Shown here piece after piece: positions 9,052 to 17,668 of a stretch of DNA of 64,000 nucleotides (positions are counted from its first letter, which is position 1; each line of letters starts with the position of its first letter). The notes below the pieces were generated by a model. That model searched no databases. It was not told where the DNA came from and saw only the letters and a list, made by a program, of their open reading frames with translations. A program made the translations under genes and the position numbers. Source of the DNA: a virus. The DNA lies in IMG/VR virus record IMGVR_UViG_3300007539_000009, positions 96,001 through 160,000 of that record; one strand, given 5' to 3'.

Positions 9052-9331
9052 GTCTACGCTCCTGCTGCTGCTGCTTCAGTGCCCAGCCGATGATCTGCGT
9101 GCGGCCAGAGGGCCGGGACCGTAGCCACAGGCGTACACCCACTGCGTATGCCACCGCTATCAGCCCAACGAGGGCCCATCCGCCTGCAGCTCGAGTGAGC
9201 CAGCCGACGATCAGCGCAACTGCAGTAGCAAGCGCCAGCATCGACACAGTCAGGACAACGGTGGTATCGAAATCAGTCGCGCGCAGAGCAGTACTTCGCA
9301 CGCGCGGTGTAGAGCTTGTTGAGTATCTCAT
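9044..9331 (-). CDS. Two-TM membrane protein (start uncertain)
   Basis: Two hydrophobic segments. Confidence 0.5.
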   Translation of the reverse strand: MRYSTSSTPRVRSTALRATDFDTTVVLTVSMLALATAVALIVGWLTRAAGGWALVGLIAVAYAVGVRLWLRSRPSGRTQIIGWALKQQQQERRRV

Positions 9332-9500
9332 CGTCTTCCACGTTGGGGTCTAAGAAAAAGCAAGCGAGCCCATCGACGTCTGACTTAGCCGTCGTGAGCC
9401 CGCAGTTGATAATCAGTTGATTGAAGCGCCAGTCTGGGTTGGTAGCCCAGATGTCTTTAATGAGGCCGAGCACTTCATCGATGCGCTTGGGATCGCGCAT
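9273..9500 (-). CDS. Conserved phage hypothetical protein
   Basis: MRDPKRIDEVL..I..IW..NPDWRFNQLI motif common in phages. Confidence 0.75.
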   Translation of the reverse strand: MRDPKRIDEVLGLIKDIWATNPDWRFNQLIINCGLTTAKSDVDGLACFFLDPNVEDDEILNKLYTARAKYCSARD

Positions 9501-9584
9501 CAGTCTTTCAGCTTGTCGTAGACGCTGGTGATGTAGGCAGGGTCAGCTGCCTTGTGCGTGTCACGTCGACGACGACGTCCAGCG

Positions 9585-9968
9585 CTACCGCTCCTCTTCT
9601 TCAGCGGTACCAGCCTCCCATTCCGTCGCTTGTTGGAGGGCGTCTTTTTCGAGGGCATCAGCTTTGTCTCGTAGAGCAGTAACTATGAGCTCGAGATCCT
9701 GCTCGTTGATCTCTCGAGTTCCGGGAATAAGTAGATGCGATGCTAGCGCGCGCAAACCTGATGGGTCAACGCCCACCATGGCGCGACGAGCGAACATGCG
9801 ACGCTGGCGTTCTCGATAGAGAGCGAACGACTTGCGGTGCTCATTGATTAGGTACTCGATTGCGATGTCAGGCGAATCGAGCCGCGCCTCCGTCACCCTA
9901 TCGTTATCACCGATCGGGTGCGGGTTGAACTTAGCCTCTATCTCTTGAAGGATGGATTCAAGGATCAT
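9585..9968 (-). CDS. Hypothetical protein
   Basis: 127 aa, ATGA-coupled. Confidence 0.55.
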   Translation of the reverse strand: MILESILQEIEAKFNPHPIGDNDRVTEARLDSPDIAIEYLINEHRKSFALYRERQRRMFARRAMVGVDPSGLRALASHLLIPGTREINEQDLELIVTALRDKADALEKDALQQATEWEAGTAEEEER

Positions 9969-10204
9969 TGTTCTGATTGCGGTGGTCGAACTGCTGGCCG
10001 CTTAGGTGCACCTAACGTTGCATCCGCAGCATCCTGAGCTTTTCGTAGCGTAGAGAGCGCATGCTCCAGTTCGACCACACGCCTTAGCAGTCGTACGCTT
10101 GCTGAGATCGTGCGCACCTGTCGCCTGATCACGTGGTTATCCACGATCAGCCACACAGCAAGCAGCACAAGCACAACCAGCACCCATACCTGAGGATCAT
10201 CCAT
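9965..10204 (-). CDS. N-terminal TM + coiled-coil protein
   Basis: VWVLVVLVLLAVWLIV. Confidence 0.55.
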   Translation of the reverse strand: MDDPQVWVLVVLVLLAVWLIVDNHVIRRQVRTISASVRLLRRVVELEHALSTLRKAQDAADATLGAPKRPAVRPPQSEQ

Positions 10205-10449
10205 CAGCTCACAGCCTCAGCAGGTTCGATGAGCTGCAGCAGGACCTTGATGTCCTTGCCCTCTTTGATGGCTGTCTTGAGTGCGTACAGCTCATCAGCC
10301 AAGGCATCGCGCTCCTTTTCAGCGTCGATGCAGCGCTGCTTGAGGTGTTCGAAGTTCTTCATGCCCAATGCCAGATTCTGCTGTGCTTCAGTAAGCGACA
10401 GAAGGACTTGGCGGTGGTGCTGGGCAGCGGTGGCGGGATATTGCTTCAT
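10204..10449 (-). CDS. Hypothetical coiled-coil protein
   Basis: 81 aa. Confidence 0.55.
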   Translation of the reverse strand: MKQYPATAAQHHRQVLLSLTEAQQNLALGMKNFEHLKQRCIDAEKERDALADELYALKTAIKEGKDIKVLLQLIEPAEAVS

Positions 10450-10455
10450 GGATGG

Positions 10456-10917
10456 TTACTGTTCGGGTTCGTCTACACCGAGGACAGGCTGCCGTCCGAA
10501 CCAGTCAAGCTGCGGTGTCTTGTACGTGCTTGCGACGTCACGACGTTCCAAGCTGTCGAGCATGCCGTACGCCGCAGCGCGCACTCGCATGCTATCCTCG
10601 GTCTCGTAAACTCCGCGACAATGCGTGACCACTTGCTGCACCGCGTCACGAAGATTGGACTCAGTGCTGTGCGTGATCACGTAATCGTCTTGATCGATCA
10701 GGATCCGACCTTCACCGGTGATCCTGTACTTGCCGTGCTTGTTGCGCTCGGCGAGCCACAGGTCTTCAAGCCTGCGGCACCACGGTTGAGCCCAGGATCC
10801 GGGCGAACGCACTGAGCACATGTGCTCGAGCTTCCTGCCTATCTCTGTCGGCGACATGAACACTTCCTCTTTGGCGAGCAAGTGCAGAATCTGGTGCATG
10901 GGGAGAGTTAGCCGCAT
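10456..10917 (-). CDS. Winged helix-turn-helix protein
   Basis: MSPTEIGRKL..WAQPWCRRLEDLWLAER..GKYRITGEG. Confidence 0.6.
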   Translation of the reverse strand: MRLTLPMHQILHLLAKEEVFMSPTEIGRKLEHMCSVRSPGSWAQPWCRRLEDLWLAERNKHGKYRITGEGRILIDQDDYVITHSTESNLRDAVQQVVTHCRGVYETEDSMRVRAAAYGMLDSLERRDVASTYKTPQLDWFGRQPVLGVDEPEQ

Positions 10918-10928
10918 GTTGTATACCT

Positions 10929-10959
10929 AAAGAAATGGCCGAGGCGTGAGGCCCCGGCC
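10929..10959 (-). terminator. Rho-independent terminator
   Basis: GGCCG..GCC-tcac-GCCTCGGCC then ATTTCTTT. Confidence 0.6.
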
Positions 10960-10964
10960 GCGTA

Positions 10965-11399
10965 TCAAAGATCGTCGAGCTCGTCCACGAGGTCATCTAC
11001 TGCCGCGCTGATCACAGCGGCAAGCTCCTCGTCTTCCTCATCCTCCTCATCCTCGATCTCGATGTCCTCGCGTGCAGGGATGCGTGTGGCGTGGCCGTGC
11101 TCTTCGAGCTGCACGTTCACCAGGTCAATGGTCTTGTCCCAGAGCTGCAAGAAGCGCTTGCCATCTTTGACAATGCTCTGCGGTTCCTGGTCTACGAGCC
11201 AACGCAGCTGCGTGTTGATGGCATTGGTGATCGCTGACTTCCAGTTGCTGTGGTACGCGTGATCACGCCACACCTCTTCACCTTCGTTGGTGAGTGCGCT
11301 GCGTGTGATCACGATTTGGTGCTTATCACACTTGAACCCGACCTTGAACACGTAGTCGTCGGGGTAGTCAACTCTCTTCGGTCGTCGTCCCTTGGGCAT
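10965..11399 (-). CDS. Hypothetical protein with acidic C-terminal tail
   Basis: EDIEIEDEEDEEDEE. Confidence 0.6.
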   Translation of the reverse strand: MPKGRRPKRVDYPDDYVFKVGFKCDKHQIVITRSALTNEGEEVWRDHAYHSNWKSAITNAINTQLRWLVDQEPQSIVKDGKRFLQLWDKTIDLVNVQLEEHGHATRIPAREDIEIEDEEDEEDEELAAVISAAVDDLVDELDDL

Positions 11400-11619
11400 C
11401 CTGTACTTCTCCGATAATGGCAGGTTCTTTGAAACGATCAGCGATGGCCTGAGTGGGGACCATGACGTTGATCACACGAATGGGCTCTCGGTACTGCGCG
11501 CGCACCTCTTGCATGTAGATCTCGAAGGTACCCTCGCACTTAGAGATCAACGATTCGTCATACACACGCACAGGCTTGATGGTGCCGAACTCGGCGGCAA
11601 ACACGATACGTAGATTCAT
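11368..11619 (-). CDS. Hypothetical protein
   Basis: 83 aa. Confidence 0.55.
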   Translation of the reverse strand: MNLRIVFAAEFGTIKPVRVYDESLISKCEGTFEIYMQEVRAQYREPIRVINVMVPTQAIADRFKEPAIIGEVQDAQGTTTEES

Positions 11620-11912
11620 GGCTTCGGGCCGTACAGGAAGTGATGAGCGCGTTGCGCCCAGCCTTCAGGTGGCTCAAACGGGCCGCGTCGAGCTTCGGCC
11701 CAGGCTTCTGGTTGTGTCTTTCACCACGTCATGGTTGCCTTGTCTTGTGTGGCACCAGACAGTGGCTGAAGGCGTGCGCAGTAGTTGGCGGTCTCCTCTA
11801 CCGCATCGGGGTAGATGCGCATCTCGACTAATGCGCACGAGAGCATCGAGTGATCACCCGGACGCGGGCCGTCGGACTCGATGTCAAGGAAGACCCACCG
11901 CTGGTCAAACAA
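11616..11912 (-). pseudogene. Truncated DEDD-type 3'-5' exonuclease with in-frame TGA
   Basis: FLDIESDGP.PG..SMLS ExoI motif; TGA at 11721-11723 interrupts TMTW*KTQPEAW; the frame continues to an ATGA overlap at 11616-11619. Confidence 0.65.
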
Positions 11913-11974
11913 CGAGTCGCTCGTGTTGTCGCCTAGTAGGTATAAAGAACGGTCAGCTTACTTATGCCACGTCC

Positions 11975-12328
11975 TCAAACAGCTCTGGCGTAGCCCCGCC
12001 ACGCAGCTGCCTTGAGAAAGTGATCTTGAGCATTTTCCACATTTCCGTCGTTGTCGACTTTTGAAAAATCGTGGTGCCCTTTGACGTGCTGGTTGAGGAA
12101 CTTGCCTTTGCTCTTCGCACCCATCATCTGTGTGTGCTTGTGCTTAGGCACGTTGTCGTACTCGTACACGCCGCCGCTGTTGAAGCGCACCGTCATGGCC
12201 CTGCGCTCGGGCTCGTACTTCACCGCCTCGATGTTCGAGGACTGCACGTTCTCGAACTCGCCTTTGGGGGCAGTGCTGCGGCGAAAGTAACCGCGAGCCC
12301 AGTCAATGATCCCTGCTTGTTTCTGCAC
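11975..12328 (-). CDS. KTSC domain protein
   Basis: VQSSNIEAVKYEPERRAMTVRFNSGGVYEYDNVP....MMGAKSKGKFLNQHVKG. Confidence 0.9.
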   Translation of the reverse strand: MQKQAGIIDWARGYFRRSTAPKGEFENVQSSNIEAVKYEPERRAMTVRFNSGGVYEYDNVPKHKHTQMMGAKSKGKFLNQHVKGHHDFSKVDNDGNVENAQDHFLKAAAWRGYARAV

Positions 12329-12331
12329 GGA

Positions 12332-12925
12332 TCAAAGGTAGCGCATCACCCAGTTGCGGCTGTCGTCGACCTGCGCTAACACCTTGCGGCCACCCACTGA
12401 GCGCAGCAGGATGCCGTCACCGTTGCCGAGGCCCTCGAAGGCGATGTTATCACCCTGGTCCTGCACCACAACCTTCTCGCGCAGCTCCGCAGGCACGGAT
12501 GTGTGCGGGATCTCGAACAGGAAGGAGAACAAGTTCTCTGAGAGGCTCGTGGAGTAGGTCACGATGCGCACCTGCGTGCTCGAGACCTCTTCGTAGTGCA
12601 GGTAAGACGGCACTGCCAAGAAGCTAGGATCCTGGATCGTGGTGTCCCTGTCCAGGATGCGCAGCCAGTGGTTGATGCCGCCCGTCACTTTTCGCAATGA
12701 CACCTGCAGCTGGTTGATACCGACTAAGTAGCTGAAGGTGTCGAGGGTGACCAGGTAGTTGCCTGACCCCTCATCGACGACGTTGGTCGCTGAGTCGAGC
12801 CGGATGATCTCCCGTTTGCCTGCTTCTGACCCTAAGAAGCGCGAGGCGTCAGCGTTGGTGCTGACCTTGTCGTAGAAGCCTGACAGCTCCTGTGTGCCGG
12901 CTCGTTGCGGTTGGATAATGCTCAT
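12332..12925 (-). CDS. Probable virion structural protein
   Basis: Beta-rich; coupled to the tail-type gene upstream. Confidence 0.45.
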   Translation of the reverse strand: MSIIQPQRAGTQELSGFYDKVSTNADASRFLGSEAGKREIIRLDSATNVVDEGSGNYLVTLDTFSYLVGINQLQVSLRKVTGGINHWLRILDRDTTIQDPSFLAVPSYLHYEEVSSTQVRIVTYSTSLSENLFSFLFEIPHTSVPAELREKVVVQDQGDNIAFEGLGNGDGILLRSVGGRKVLAQVDDSRNWVMRYL

Positions 12926-15264
12926 CAGATCAGCCCGCCGGTGTAGCGAACAAAGACTTCCCAGTCGACGTCGATCACTGCCAACCCAGAAGAGGCAGCA
13001 AACGCGGTAATCAGCACGCTGTCCGAATCAGCGACGTACGAGATGTCGCCCACGTTGGTGGACCGGTTGGCCTCGGCCACCTGCGCAGTGCGTGCTACCA
13101 GCTCTCCTAGCGTGGCTTCCTTGCGTGTGCCCAGCTGCTGGCCCAGACCGAGGGTTGCACCCTCAGTCGCGTTCTGCGTGGCGTACGCACGTCCACGCTC
13201 GGTGTACCCGCGCAGCGTTGCGATGCCCTCTGGCGCCTTGGTGAACGGGAGCACGGTGTACGAACCTACCGATGCTCGAGCGTTCCACACCGTGTGCGTG
13301 ACCGTGGCCGAAGCGCCGATCAGCACGTAGTACAGACCGATCTGATCCACGTCAGGACCGACAGTGACGTCTGTAGTGGTGTAGAGCTCGCCTGTTGTTT
13401 GCTGAGCAAACGACTCGACCTTGTTCTTGAGCGCTAGCTCACCGCCGACTCTGGTGTACTGCGCAATGCCGATACCCAAGGCAGCAGCCGCGCTGGTTTC
13501 AAAGTTGGTGGCAAACGTGATGGAACGCCCATTGAGCTCGAACGCCGCAGGTATGCGGTACTCAAAGATCAGTCGCTGACCATCGCCTTCAACCGTGGTG
13601 AGCTTTAGCGCAGTGCTCGCGTCGTTGTCTGTCGTAGCTCGCGTGATGCGCTTGACCGTGTCGCCTGAGACGCCAGGGCCAAACTCAGTCACCTGCCAAC
13701 CATCAGCGAGGTTGGGCTCGTCCTGCACCTCACTGACTACAAACGACAGGTCGTTTTGGGTGGCGAGGTCAGGCAGTGAACCACCTGACGTGTAACGCGA
13801 CCAGTAGTAGAAATTGCCGTTGGCGATCAGGTTGCGCGTGGCGCTGTTGCGCAGCGACTCGATACCAAGCTCACCCACCGTGGCAGCGTTGAGCACGTTG
13901 CCGTCCAGGTTGATCAGCACGCCAAGGCTAAAGAGCTTGGCCACCTTGTTGATGAACCCACCCGTAGGTACACGCAGACGCAGGTAGAGCTTCTTCGCGC
14001 CGCTGTCAGGGACGCGCACGATCTCACCAGGCCGGTACGTCTGAGACGTGAACCCGGCTGTAGGGCTACTCGTGGAGTACTGGAAGCGCAAACCGCTGAA
14101 TGCAGTGTCTGCGCTCACGCAGAAGTGCTGAACCTTGGTGATAGTTGACCCGGACAGCAGATCAGCCGTGGTGATAGCGACTGTCTCAGTAGGTAGCGAA
14201 CCACCGCCTGTCCACGTGATCTTGAGCGACGTGTCCGTTGAGTCGATCGTGGCGGTGAGGTCAGAGCTGTCTTCAGCCTCAGCAAGCTCGACTGTGTTGA
14301 GCTCGATCAGCTCGTCGTCCTTGAACTGAATAACGTGCAGGCTCGAGAACACAGAGTCAGCCAGCCAGTCCTTGTAGTCGTCTACCTCAACGCGGCTGGC
14401 CAGTCGGCGAGCAAACGGCACGCGGATGTCCTCGAGTTCCACAAGGCGGACTGAGGCGTCTGTCTTGCGTGCTAGGACAATCGCTACGGGCAGCACGTCC
14501 ACAGAGAGGTCCGGCAGGTCTGCTTTGGTAGCTGCTTCACCTACGAACGACACCAGGCCCTCATCAGTCACACCAACGAGGTAGTAGCGCTCTTCGTTAG
14601 CTGTGAACGAGTTGGCGTCCAAGATGTCGGTGTAGCCGCCGTCAAACCGGATGATCTCGGTGCCATCGACGTTCGCCATGACGCCTGCGTACACGAACAG
14701 GCGGCGGTTGTCGTTGGGGTCGATCTCAGGCTTGAGTGCTGCAACGTCTACAGGTGAGCTGAGCCACCTAGCCTTGGGCACATGCAGCACGTCAGTGGCG
14801 AGCACCTGCGCAGAAGCAGAGCCAGCGAACGCGGACTGCGGCCGGATCGTGACGTAGGCCAGAGGGATCTGGAAGTCGCTCTGCGTCGTAGGCGCAACCG
14901 CTGCAGTGGAGAGGTTTGTCTGGTTCCTGCCCTTGATGACGCGATAAGTCTGCTTGACATCAGATGAGGCGGAGAACTGATACTCAGCCACCACCAGGTC
15001 AATGCGCGTCAGTGCAGCGTCAGCCGGCTCAACAGCCACGGCTGCCAAGATGTCCGTTGACTCCTTAATGACCACGCCCTCTGTCGTGGCCAAGATGCTC
15101 ACCCCATCACCCCCGCGCGTGATGTCAAGCAGGTTGGTCTGCCCTGGGTTCGGGCGAACGCGATAGCCTGCGTACACGCCGGGGTCGATGATGCCCACAA
15201 AGCGCTGGTTCTGCAGCGCTGAGGTATCGAGGGCGTGGAACGCAGTTGTGATCGTCTGGGTCAT
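12925..15264 (-). CDS. Tail fibre/baseplate-attached protein with carbohydrate-binding-like domain
   Basis: GIIDPGVYAGY and RIDLVVAEY N-terminal motifs; NLIANGNF..ADGW module. Confidence 0.55.
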   Translation of the reverse strand: MTQTITTAFHALDTSALQNQRFVGIIDPGVYAGYRVRPNPGQTNLLDITRGGDGVSILATTEGVVIKESTDILAAVAVEPADAALTRIDLVVAEYQFSASSDVKQTYRVIKGRNQTNLSTAAVAPTTQSDFQIPLAYVTIRPQSAFAGSASAQVLATDVLHVPKARWLSSPVDVAALKPEIDPNDNRRLFVYAGVMANVDGTEIIRFDGGYTDILDANSFTANEERYYLVGVTDEGLVSFVGEAATKADLPDLSVDVLPVAIVLARKTDASVRLVELEDIRVPFARRLASRVEVDDYKDWLADSVFSSLHVIQFKDDELIELNTVELAEAEDSSDLTATIDSTDTSLKITWTGGGSLPTETVAITTADLLSGSTITKVQHFCVSADTAFSGLRFQYSTSSPTAGFTSQTYRPGEIVRVPDSGAKKLYLRLRVPTGGFINKVAKLFSLGVLINLDGNVLNAATVGELGIESLRNSATRNLIANGNFYYWSRYTSGGSLPDLATQNDLSFVVSEVQDEPNLADGWQVTEFGPGVSGDTVKRITRATTDNDASTALKLTTVEGDGQRLIFEYRIPAAFELNGRSITFATNFETSAAAALGIGIAQYTRVGGELALKNKVESFAQQTTGELYTTTDVTVGPDVDQIGLYYVLIGASATVTHTVWNARASVGSYTVLPFTKAPEGIATLRGYTERGRAYATQNATEGATLGLGQQLGTRKEATLGELVARTAQVAEANRSTNVGDISYVADSDSVLITAFAASSGLAVIDVDWEVFVRYTGGLI

Positions 15265-15618
15265 CTAATCTTCTACCAGGGCGGTCCACACGAGGTGCAT
15301 GAACATACCCCATTCTGGGCCGTGGGGGCGCAGTCTCCCTGATTCCGTGCCCCACCCAAGCGCGTGCGCCCACTCGTGCGCAATGACGTGCTGTAGGGCA
15401 TCTGTGTGGAGGTTGCGGTCAATGACCATCCTGAACTTCTTCGGATTGCCGTTCTCGTCAAATAGCAGATGGAGGTACGCCTGGTTGTCCTTTCCAGGAT
15501 TCCCAGTGCGTACCTCCACGGGCACGATCGGCGGTAGCTCTAAACGCAGGATGCGCAGGAACTCTCGCAGCTTCTTTCGCCCGTAAGGGCTACTAAGCAG
15601 CTTGTTCTCCGTCTCCAC
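15265..15618 (-). CDS. HExxH zinc metallopeptidase (SprT/ImmA-like)
   Basis: VIAHEWAHAL...HGPEW. Confidence 0.75.
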   Translation of the reverse strand: METENKLLSSPYGRKKLREFLRILRLELPPIVPVEVRTGNPGKDNQAYLHLLFDENGNPKKFRMVIDRNLHTDALQHVIAHEWAHALGWGTESGRLRPHGPEWGMFMHLVWTALVED

Positions 15619-16690
15619 CAGCGAGCCCGTAGGTGAGGAAGATGGGCATATCAGCGATCATGCCGTGCTTCGCATTGAAGAACTGAAGTCGCTGGCGCGG
15701 AGTGGTGGAGCTGGAGAGCCTCTCTAGTGCATAGTCGTTGTCCGACTCAGTAGTGCCGTTGCAGAACCACCAGCGTCCGTTGAGGTCGCCCTGCTTGTAG
15801 ACGTGGAAGTGGCCGAAGTAGAGGTTGTCCCACGGCTCTCGAATGGAGTCGCGCCAACCCATCATCTGACGAGCGAACGCCGGTCCGCCGATCATCCCTC
15901 GGATCTGATGTCCGTGGATCATCAGGTTGGTAGTGTTGAACACCGTGTCCAGCGCGTAGAAGCTCGGAGGGATGTTGAACGTGACGCGCTCCAACGTGTC
16001 AGCTCGCTGGTTGACTTCGGTGCCGTGCACCATCATCCGCACGATCTCATAGCAGACCGTGTCCCAGTTGGTCTCTGGGTGCGACCCTGAGTGCTTAGAG
16101 GCCGGGCGGCCGTGGTTGCCAGCCACGCAGACCACGTGGATCTTCTCGACCACTGACAGCAGCGAGACGATCACCTCTGTGATCGCGTACGGCACGTCAC
16201 GGACACTCTGCTTGATGACGCTGGTGTCGATCAAGTGTGGCTGGTGCGGGAAGATGACCTCACCTTCCACCATGTCACCACCCAGGTAGAGCCGAAGCTC
16301 TTTGATGGTGGCCATCGACTTCCGCAGCTCTATGATCTTCGCTGTCTTACTGGCCAGCTCTTTCAGCCGGCCGATCCCGATAGCGGTGTCGTATGTCTCA
16401 GTGATCTTACCCATCTGGGTGTCACTGATGTGCAGCACCGGGACCTCCTCGTCACCTTTCCCGTGCTTCTTGGGTTTAGGTACCGATATGCGCGGCAGAT
16501 CCTCGTCAAAGGCTTCCTGCACAGCACCCAGCACAATAGAAGCGCCCCGACCTGCGACTGTGAGTCGCTGCCGCAGGCTGGCATTCTCTTTCTTTAGGAC
16601 CCTGATCTCTTCGGTGTCATCGCGGTGCTGAGCAGAGGCCCACTGCTGTACGTCGAAGTCGTCAATCTCCTCCGGCTCACTACTGGCCAT
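15593..16690 (-). CDS. Calcineurin-like metallophosphoesterase
   Basis: ISDTQMG, LGGDMVEG, GNHGR, IHGH, GHFH motifs. Confidence 0.9.
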   Translation of the reverse strand: MASSEPEEIDDFDVQQWASAQHRDDTEEIRVLKKENASLRQRLTVAGRGASIVLGAVQEAFDEDLPRISVPKPKKHGKGDEEVPVLHISDTQMGKITETYDTAIGIGRLKELASKTAKIIELRKSMATIKELRLYLGGDMVEGEVIFPHQPHLIDTSVIKQSVRDVPYAITEVIVSLLSVVEKIHVVCVAGNHGRPASKHSGSHPETNWDTVCYEIVRMMVHGTEVNQRADTLERVTFNIPPSFYALDTVFNTTNLMIHGHQIRGMIGGPAFARQMMGWRDSIREPWDNLYFGHFHVYKQGDLNGRWWFCNGTTESDNDYALERLSSSTTPRQRLQFFNAKHGMIADMPIFLTYGLAGGDGEQAA

Positions 16691-17012
16691 CGATCTGCTC
16701 CCACAGCTTCGGCTCGCACTGCTTCATGTGCCTCTTCAGGGTGCTGATGCTACGCTCGAAGTTGAACTGCCGCTTTAGCATCTGATACGTAGCTTCGATC
16801 CCTGCTTGAGATTCCCCGCTAGCACGCAGCTCCATGATCCGGCGAACGACCGGCACGATGTCAGGCCGATCGCAGACGCTGCAGCGGTGAGGGCGAGAGC
16901 GCGAGGAGGGCTGCTCTTTAGCCCACTGCTCTACGTCGAAGTCTTCTGTTGACTTCTTGGACCGACGCTTAGCCGCCGGTCGTGCTTTCTTGGCGCGCTT
17001 CTTAGTGACCAT
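16680..17012 (-). CDS. Basic Zn/HTH-like protein
   Basis: K/R-rich N-terminus, CSVC..LKRHMKQC. Confidence 0.55.
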   Translation of the reverse strand: MVTKKRAKKARPAAKRRSKKSTEDFDVEQWAKEQPSSRSRPHRCSVCDRPDIVPVVRRIMELRASGESQAGIEATYQMLKRQFNFERSISTLKRHMKQCEPKLWEQIDGQ

Positions 17013-17016
17013 AGCT

Positions 17017-17067
17017 CTTTGGTAGTGTTAGAGACCCCGGACACTGCGAGTGTGCCCACTACCAAAG
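17017..17067 (-). promoter_or_regulatory. 11-bp perfect inverted repeat abutting the start codon
   Basis: CTTTGGTAGTG (17017-17027) / CACTACCAAAG (17057-17067); 3' arm ends 4 nt before ATG 17012. Confidence 0.5.
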
Positions 17068-17116
17068 TGTATGTATCTGACCGCTAAGGTGCCGGTCAGG
17101 GTCACCGTCAGCTTGG

Positions 17117-17668
17117 CTACGACAGCGTCAGCGTCAGCGACCAGCGCACTACGAGGTACTCCAGCGTGCTTTTAGGGAACTTCTTAGCACGCGTTTCACC
17201 CGCAGCAGGCTCTGTCACGTAGTGCGAAATCAGCGTCTGGTTGGCCGACTCAAGCCCTAACTCGTTGAGTGAGCCGGTCGTTGCCTCTGATGGCTTAGCA
17301 ATCGCCACATACGTGAAGGTGTTGGGGTCCGCTGCCTCGTCGTAGACCACCTGTACGATGGGCAGGCGCGCGATGACTTGGCGCACCTCGGTGTCTGTGG
17401 CAGCCGGAGCGACCCGAGCACCGCTGTCCAGCTTGCTCACCTGCTCGAGGTCACCGCCTGTGCCGATCACCACGTTCTGCGGAATGTACGCCGCGATGTC
17501 TCGACGCATCAGCCCAACCAAGACGGTCTCGGCACTGTTGACCACCAAGTTATCTCCGGTGAAACCGCCAAGGTACGCATCAGTAGAGGCGTCATGGAGT
17601 GGGCCGGCGTACTTGGCTACGTGCACCCGTCCCTTGAGACTCACGCGTGTGTTGTCGTTGACGTACAT
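17117..17668 (-). CDS. Tail-collar fibre / baseplate protein
   Basis: NLVVNSA..IGTGG..P..TDT..LNELGL..FPK....VRW pattern of phage tail-fibre-attachment proteins. Confidence 0.7.
   Translation of the reverse strand: MYVNDNTRVSLKGRVHVAKYAGPLHDASTDAYLGGFTGDNLVVNSAETVLVGLMRRDIAAYIPQNVVIGTGGDLEQVSKLDSGARVAPAATDTEVRQVIARLPIVQVVYDEAADPNTFTYVAIAKPSEATTGSLNELGLESANQTLISHYVTEPAAGETRAKKFPKSTLEYLVVRWSLTLTLS

Noticed and set aside
11721-11723. Genome-wide TGA recoding (alternative genetic code)
   Set aside because: Many genes end in TGA with ATGA/TGATG coupling, Trp is encoded by TGG in long intact ORFs, and no UCA-anticodon tRNA is in the array
17068-17079. 12-mer TGTATGTATCTG repeated at 35024-35035
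   Set aside because: Exact 12-mer pairs are expected by chance in 64 kb; no further copies found
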